Shown here piece by piece: positions 26,972 to 31,126 of a DNA stretch of 31,126 bases (position 1 is the first letter of the stretch; each line of letters opens with the position of its first letter). The stretch is from a bacterium (GTDB lineage: Bacteria; SZUA-182; DTGQ01; JAFGSM01). The notes under the pieces were generated by a model. The model did no database searches, was not told where the DNA came from, and worked only from the letters and a program-made list of their open reading frames with translations. The stretch lies in contig JBLIRP010000046.1 in assembly GCA_049472355.1 (NCBI GenBank), positions 1 to 31,126 of the forward strand. Direction: 5' to 3'. The position numbers were made by a program, and so were the translations under genes.

Positions 26972-27901
26972 ATTCACTGCATATTTTCGGATATTATCGG
27001 GACAGTGGGAAATACCCCCCTGGTGAGGCTCAATCGGATCTGCGGCGGGCTGCCTGGGATCGTTCTCGCCAAACTGGAATTCAAAAACCCCCTGGGAAGC
27101 GTCAAGGACCGTATTGCGGTGTCCATGATTCAGGCTGCGGAAAAGAAGGGATTGATCCGTAAAAACACCCTGATCATCGAGCCAACCAGCGGGAACACCG
27201 GGATCGGCCTTGCATTTGTCTGTGCAGCCAAGGGATATCGGCTGGCATTGACCATGCCCGAGACCATGAGCATGGAAAGGCGGAAGCTCCTTACTCATCT
27301 GGGTGCCGAATTGATCCTGACACCGGGGGAAAGTGGCATGAGGGGGGCATTGAACATGGCAGGCACAATACTGGCCCAAGGGCCGGATGTCATCATGCTC
27401 AACCAGTTCACCAATCCGGCGAATCCCGAAATCCATCGGCAAACAACGGCAGAAGAAATCTGGCGGGACACCGGGGGCGAGATCGACCTGTTCGTTGCGG
27501 GTGTCGGCACAGGGGGGACGATTACCGGCGTTGCGGAGGTGATCAAGGCACGCAAGCCCTCGTTCAAGGCCATCGCGGTGGAACCGGAGGACTCTGCGGT
27601 GCTCTCCGGAGGAATACCCGGCCCCCATAAGATACAGGGTATCGGCGCGGGTTTCATCCCCGCGGTGCTCAACCGGAAGATCATCGACGAGGTAATAACC
27701 GTCGGCAATGACGAGGCATTTGAAATGGGAAGGGACCTGGCCAAGCGGGAGGGGATTCTGGGTGGCATCTCCTCCGGGGCCGCCGTGGCCGCTGCCCTTA
27801 AGGTGGCACGCCGGCGTCAGAATAAGGGGAAGATAATCGTGGTGGTCCTGCCGAGCACCGGGGAACGGTATATCAGCACCGAGCTGTTTGCGAAGGTCTG
27901 A
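26972..27901 (+). CDS. cysK: Cysteine synthase A (O-acetylserine sulfhydrylase)
   Basis: GNTPLV, SVKDRIA (PLP lysine), [15 protein letters not shown] and [10 protein letters not shown]. Start placed at ATT 26972; the ORF track uses GTG 27005. Confidence 0.93.
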   Translation: MHCIFSDIIGTVGNTPLVRLNRICGGLPGIVLAKLEFKNPLGSVKDRIAVSMIQAAEKKGLIRKNTLIIEPTSGNTGIGLAFVCAAKGYRLALTMPETMSMERRKLLTHLGAELILTPGESGMRGALNMAGTILAQGPDVIMLNQFTNPANPEIHRQTTAEEIWRDTGGEIDLFVAGVGTGGTITGVAEVIKARKPSFKAIAVEPEDSAVLSGGIPGPHKIQGIGAGFIPAVLNRKIIDEVITVGNDEAFEMGRDLAKREGILGGISSGAAVAAALKVARRRQNKGKIIVVVLPSTGERYISTELFAKV

Positions 27902-27910
27902 CCGGGAGGA

Positions 27911-29929
27911 TTAATCCCTCATGCCCACGAGGGGGGCCCTTCTCTTTTCGATTTCGAGCAATTTGCCCAGGCATTCCATGATCTTGGGATCGAATTTCCC
28001 CCATGCGGTTTCGCTTTCCAGTTCCACAAAGGCGGCAAGATAATCCCAACTGTTGCGGTTCGGCCTCCAGGAGGTCATGGCATCGTAGGCATCCGCAACC
28101 GCCAGTATGCGGGCACCCAAGGGAATGGCATCACCGGAGATCCCGTTCGGATAGCCTGAGCCGTCATATTTCTCATGGTGATACTCGATAATCTCGAACA
28201 GTCCCTCATTCACATACCCCATCTTTTTGAGGATCCTGACCCCTTCCCTGCAATGCTTGGTGACGATCTCGTATTCATCCTTGTTCAGGGTTCCCGGACG
28301 ATTCAGGAGGTGATGCGGGATGATGATCTTCCCTATGTCGAAAAGGTATCCGGCCATCAGGATATCGCTCTTTTCCTGATCCGGCAGGCCCAGCATGTCG
28401 GCTATGGCATAGGAGAGGAAGCCGACCACCCTGGAATGACCCACGCATCCGTCGAGACACTCGATGGGAAGGATGAGATCCTCGGGGTACTTAGCCTGCT
28501 TGGTGATCTGCTCGCTGTAACGGTCGTAAAGCGACCGAGGAATCTTGTCCCTTTTCTTCAGAGGGTCCTGGAGATGGATGATTTCATACAGGTGAAGCTT
28601 TTCCTTTTTCCCCCGTATGGCAACGTCATGGCATTCTTCAAGCATGAGGGAATTTTCAGCAAAGGCCACCTTTATGTGATCGTCATTGGGATCGAGCTCG
28701 AGGGCACGCCTTATATAGTCATGGGCGAGGACATAATCCTTGCCCCTCATGAGCAGTATGCCGATCTTCTTGAGGATTTCCACATCGTCGGGATTCTGAT
28801 CGAGCTGTCTCGTGCACGTGTTGATCTCTTTGACCAGCTCAGGGTCCTTGATGGTGGTGAGGGATTGGACCGTCTTTCGATTGGCGTCCACAAACAGTCT
28901 CACGTTCTCAAAGGTTGCCTCATCAACAGTGACGGTACCCGGATCGCATATCTCCTGTATCCGATTGGCAACGTTTACCACATCGCCGAGTGCGGTGTAT
29001 GCTTGGCGCTTGCGACCGATCAATCCGATGATGAGTTCCCCGGTGGAGATCCCGATCCTCATCTTCCAGGGGTAGCCGCCTTTTTTCATTCTCTCCTGCA
29101 TCTTGAGACCTGCCACCACCGCCATGAGTGCGTGACGATCGTTCGCGATAGGTGCGCCGAATTCCGCCATGATGCCGTCACCAATGTACTTATCGATGTG
29201 GGCACCGTAACTGAGAAGGATGCTCTCCATATCCCCCAGGAATTTGTTCAATTCCGTGATGACGACCTCGGGCTTATGCTCTTCCGAGTAATGGGTAAAG
29301 TTTTCAAGGTCCGAGAACATAATGCTCAGGGTCCGCTTTTCGGTGCGCAGACGCTTCTCGATGATCAGCTTTACCACCGATGGATCCATCGTGTTGTAGA
29401 GGGTTTCCTCGACCATCTCCTTCAGGTTTTCCACCGCAACCTTGGCCTTTTCAAGGTGCTCGGTTCGCTCCTGCACCTTCTTTTCAAATAGCTCCGTGTT
29501 TTCATGAAGCTGCTGGGTCACCTGATCCAAGGCAACCTTGTTATCCGAAAGATCCTGGATGAGACTTGCCTTGTAGGCTATCTCCCGGCGCAGCCTGTCC
29601 TGAATCCTTCCCACGATGGCGCCGGTCAGGATCAGGAAGCTGCCCCAGACGATGATGAACATAGAAAGGTCAAGAAAGGTGCTCTTGATGGCAAATGAGG
29701 CTGGATAGAGATACGCATATATAATCACCAGAAGGATACAGAACACCGATCCAAGTATGGTTTTCTTGGAGTTGAGATAGTACCCGGCAAGAAGTATGGG
29801 GATAAAATAGAAGTTCAAAAAGGCAAGCTTATACGGGATAAAGTAATTCAGTCCGGCGACACTGACCAGCAAAAGGAGCACGAAAAACTGTTCGAAATTC
29901 TCGATCAGATAGCATTTAAATCGCTCCAT
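27911..29929 (-). CDS. Membrane class III adenylate cyclase with a TPR insert, fused to an HD-GYP domain
   Basis: About 4 N-terminal TM segments and a coiled coil; FSDLENFT, IDKYIGDG and YTALGDVVNVANR; TPR RRALELDPND; GHSRVV, LFDIGK, HHEKYDGSGYP and ADAYDAMTS. Confidence 0.88.
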   Translation of the reverse strand: MERFKCYLIENFEQFFVLLLLVSVAGLNYFIPYKLAFLNFYFIPILLAGYYLNSKKTILGSVFCILLVIIYAYLYPASFAIKSTFLDLSMFIIVWGSFLILTGAIVGRIQDRLRREIAYKASLIQDLSDNKVALDQVTQQLHENTELFEKKVQERTEHLEKAKVAVENLKEMVEETLYNTMDPSVVKLIIEKRLRTEKRTLSIMFSDLENFTHYSEEHKPEVVITELNKFLGDMESILLSYGAHIDKYIGDGIMAEFGAPIANDRHALMAVVAGLKMQERMKKGGYPWKMRIGISTGELIIGLIGRKRQAYTALGDVVNVANRIQEICDPGTVTVDEATFENVRLFVDANRKTVQSLTTIKDPELVKEINTCTRQLDQNPDDVEILKKIGILLMRGKDYVLAHDYIRRALELDPNDDHIKVAFAENSLMLEECHDVAIRGKKEKLHLYEIIHLQDPLKKRDKIPRSLYDRYSEQITKQAKYPEDLILPIECLDGCVGHSRVVGFLSYAIADMLGLPDQEKSDILMAGYLFDIGKIIIPHHLLNRPGTLNKDEYEIVTKHCREGVRILKKMGYVNEGLFEIIEYHHEKYDGSGYPNGISGDAIPLGARILAVADAYDAMTSWRPNRNSWDYLAAFVELESETAWGKFDPKIMECLGKLLEIEKRRAPLVGMRD

Positions 29930-30098
29930 TATACCCTCTTATATATGCAGGATCACGGATTCCATGATGTGGTGACGACCCTTTTTCATAAATTATAAGA
30001 ATATAGTAATTACATCGGAAGCGGCGGGCAATTCATTCATCCGGATATCGGCAATTCTGATGTTGGATCTTCGGGTCGGGAATGCGGGGCTCCATAAA

Positions 30099-30222
30099 CA
30101 TGTCCGCCCGCAATGGGTTAAGTTAAAACCAGAATTGCCGTCAGGATTCAGGCCGGCTGGGCAATTGAATTATGATGATCCGAAACCACGGCGGCACGAC
30201 CTCGGATAAGCGGACGGACATG
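30099..30222 (-). ncRNA. Candidate structured leader RNA upstream of the cyclase/HD-GYP gene
   Basis: A 13-bp closing stem encloses two hairpins. Mismatches resolve as G-U pairs only on the minus strand. No known family recognised. Confidence 0.35.
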
Positions 30223-30285
30223 CCTTCTGATATCGAGTCATTTCCGGTACCTTAAAAAACGTATAAAAAAACCATCATGCCGGTG

Positions 30286-30313
30286 TTGACTCAGGGTTGA
30301 ACTATGATATACT
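30286..30313 (+). promoter_or_regulatory. Putative sigma-70 promoter toward the hydrogenase gene
   Basis: TTGACT, 16 nt spacer, TATACT with extended -10 TGn. Confidence 0.45.
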
Positions 30314-30533
30314 AATCAGAATAAAACGAGCTTCCATTTCCTTCGGCATCCAAGCCTTGCGATGCGAGAGCCTGGATCTTTTCCATATAATCGTCGCTTT
30401 ATCAAGTAGTTAGGCAACAAAAAGGGATTTTTCTATATATAACAGTGTTATATAGAATCCATTTAGGTATTGTAGGTCACTACTGCATGGACGTCTTTAG
30501 ACAGATTCAACACACGGTCTTTAAACCCTTTAG

Positions 30534-30614
30534 GTTCAATTCCCCGAAGCTTGCTTCAATAAAAAACTATTTTTGCACGAGATACCCCGCAGCTTGCTGC
30601 GGGGAGGATTCATT
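30534..30614. repeat. REP-like palindrome pair
   Basis: ccccGAAGC-tt-GCTTC (30542-30557) and perfect CCCCGCAGC-tt-GCTGCGGGG (30585-30604) followed by aggattcatt. Confidence 0.6.
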
Positions 30615-30653
30615 CCGCAATCCTTATCATCATCCAGTTAAGGAGGAAATGTT

Positions 30654-31126
30654 ATGGCGCTAAAGGACATCATGTCAGGCCGGGACGGAAAGAACAGGGC
30701 GTATTACGATGCTTTGATGAAAAAGTGCGACGAGAACCTCGCGCGAATGGATGGGGAACTACCCCCGGCGAATGAGGGGTGGAACGAGACACTCGAGTCC
30801 CGGGGAGTGAGCCGTCGTGACTTCTTGAAATGGTCATCCATTATGACCACGGTATTGATGCTGCCGCCGATCTTCGATTCCCGGGTGGCCAAGGCGGCTG
30901 AAATGGCAAACCGCATCCCCGTGGTGTGGCTGAACTTTTCCGAATGCACCGGCTGCACGGAGGCGGTCCTCCGAAGCTCCTATCCCAATATCGATGAACT
31001 CATCCTGGAAACCCTCTCCATCGAATATCACGAAACCTTGATGGCCGCCGCAGGGCATCAGGCAGAGGCCTGTCTTGAGGAGGCGCTGGAGAAATTTCCC
31101 GGCCAGTTCGTATGCGTCATCGAAGG
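30654..31126 (+). CDS. Periplasmic [NiFe] hydrogenase small subunit (group 1), partial
   Basis: Manual translation from ATG 30654 (RBS AAGGAGG): Tat motif SRRDFLK, then PVVWLNFSECTGCTEA, YHETLMAAAGHQAE, VIEG. Runs off the window. Confidence 0.92.
   Translation, partial: MALKDIMSGRDGKNRAYYDALMKKCDENLARMDGELPPANEGWNETLESRGVSRRDFLKWSSIMTTVLMLPPIFDSRVAKAAEMANRIPVVWLNFSECTGCTEAVLRSSYPNIDELILETLSIEYHETLMAAAGHQAEACLEEALEKFPGQFVCVIE

Noticed and set aside
28175..29491. 438-aa plus-strand ORF
   Set aside because: Antisense shadow of the cyclase/HD-GYP gene.
30130..30170. c-di-GMP-I (GEMM) riboswitch
   Set aside because: Only a vague P2 resemblance. The GCAAAC...GAAA...GACGCAAA elements are absent.

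Overview
31 kb of bacterial chromosome. Gene content (sigma-54 system, HD-GYP, MshEN, periplasmic NiFe hydrogenase) suggests an anaerobic Deltaproteobacteria-like or candidate-phylum organism, but taxonomy is inference. The left part has a partial acyl-AMP ligase, an AT-rich RelE-type toxin/antitoxin pair sitting among palindromic repeats, a NUDIX hydrolase, a DsbA-like protein, a PpiC foldase, an ECF-type sigma factor, an atypical ClpX-like ATPase and DUF488. The centre is a long minus-strand run rich in signalling genes. In transcription order it reads: GAF-class III cyclase, PDZ/TM/GAF/PP2C phosphatase, STAS protein, MshEN-GAF sigma-54 activator, then enhancer-like palindromes and sigma-54 promoters in front of a secreted protein, a subtilase and an unusual Pro/Leu/Trp-rich secreted protein, and finally a GGDEF-STAND-HEAT protein. 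The right part has csp, cysE, cysK (probable ATT start), a cyclase-TPR-HD-GYP fusion with a structured leader, and the start of a NiFe hydrogenase small subunit. A modular two-hairpin dispersed repeat, with compensatory changes in one divergent copy, occurs at four loci. No CRISPR array, rRNA, tRNA or transposase was seen.
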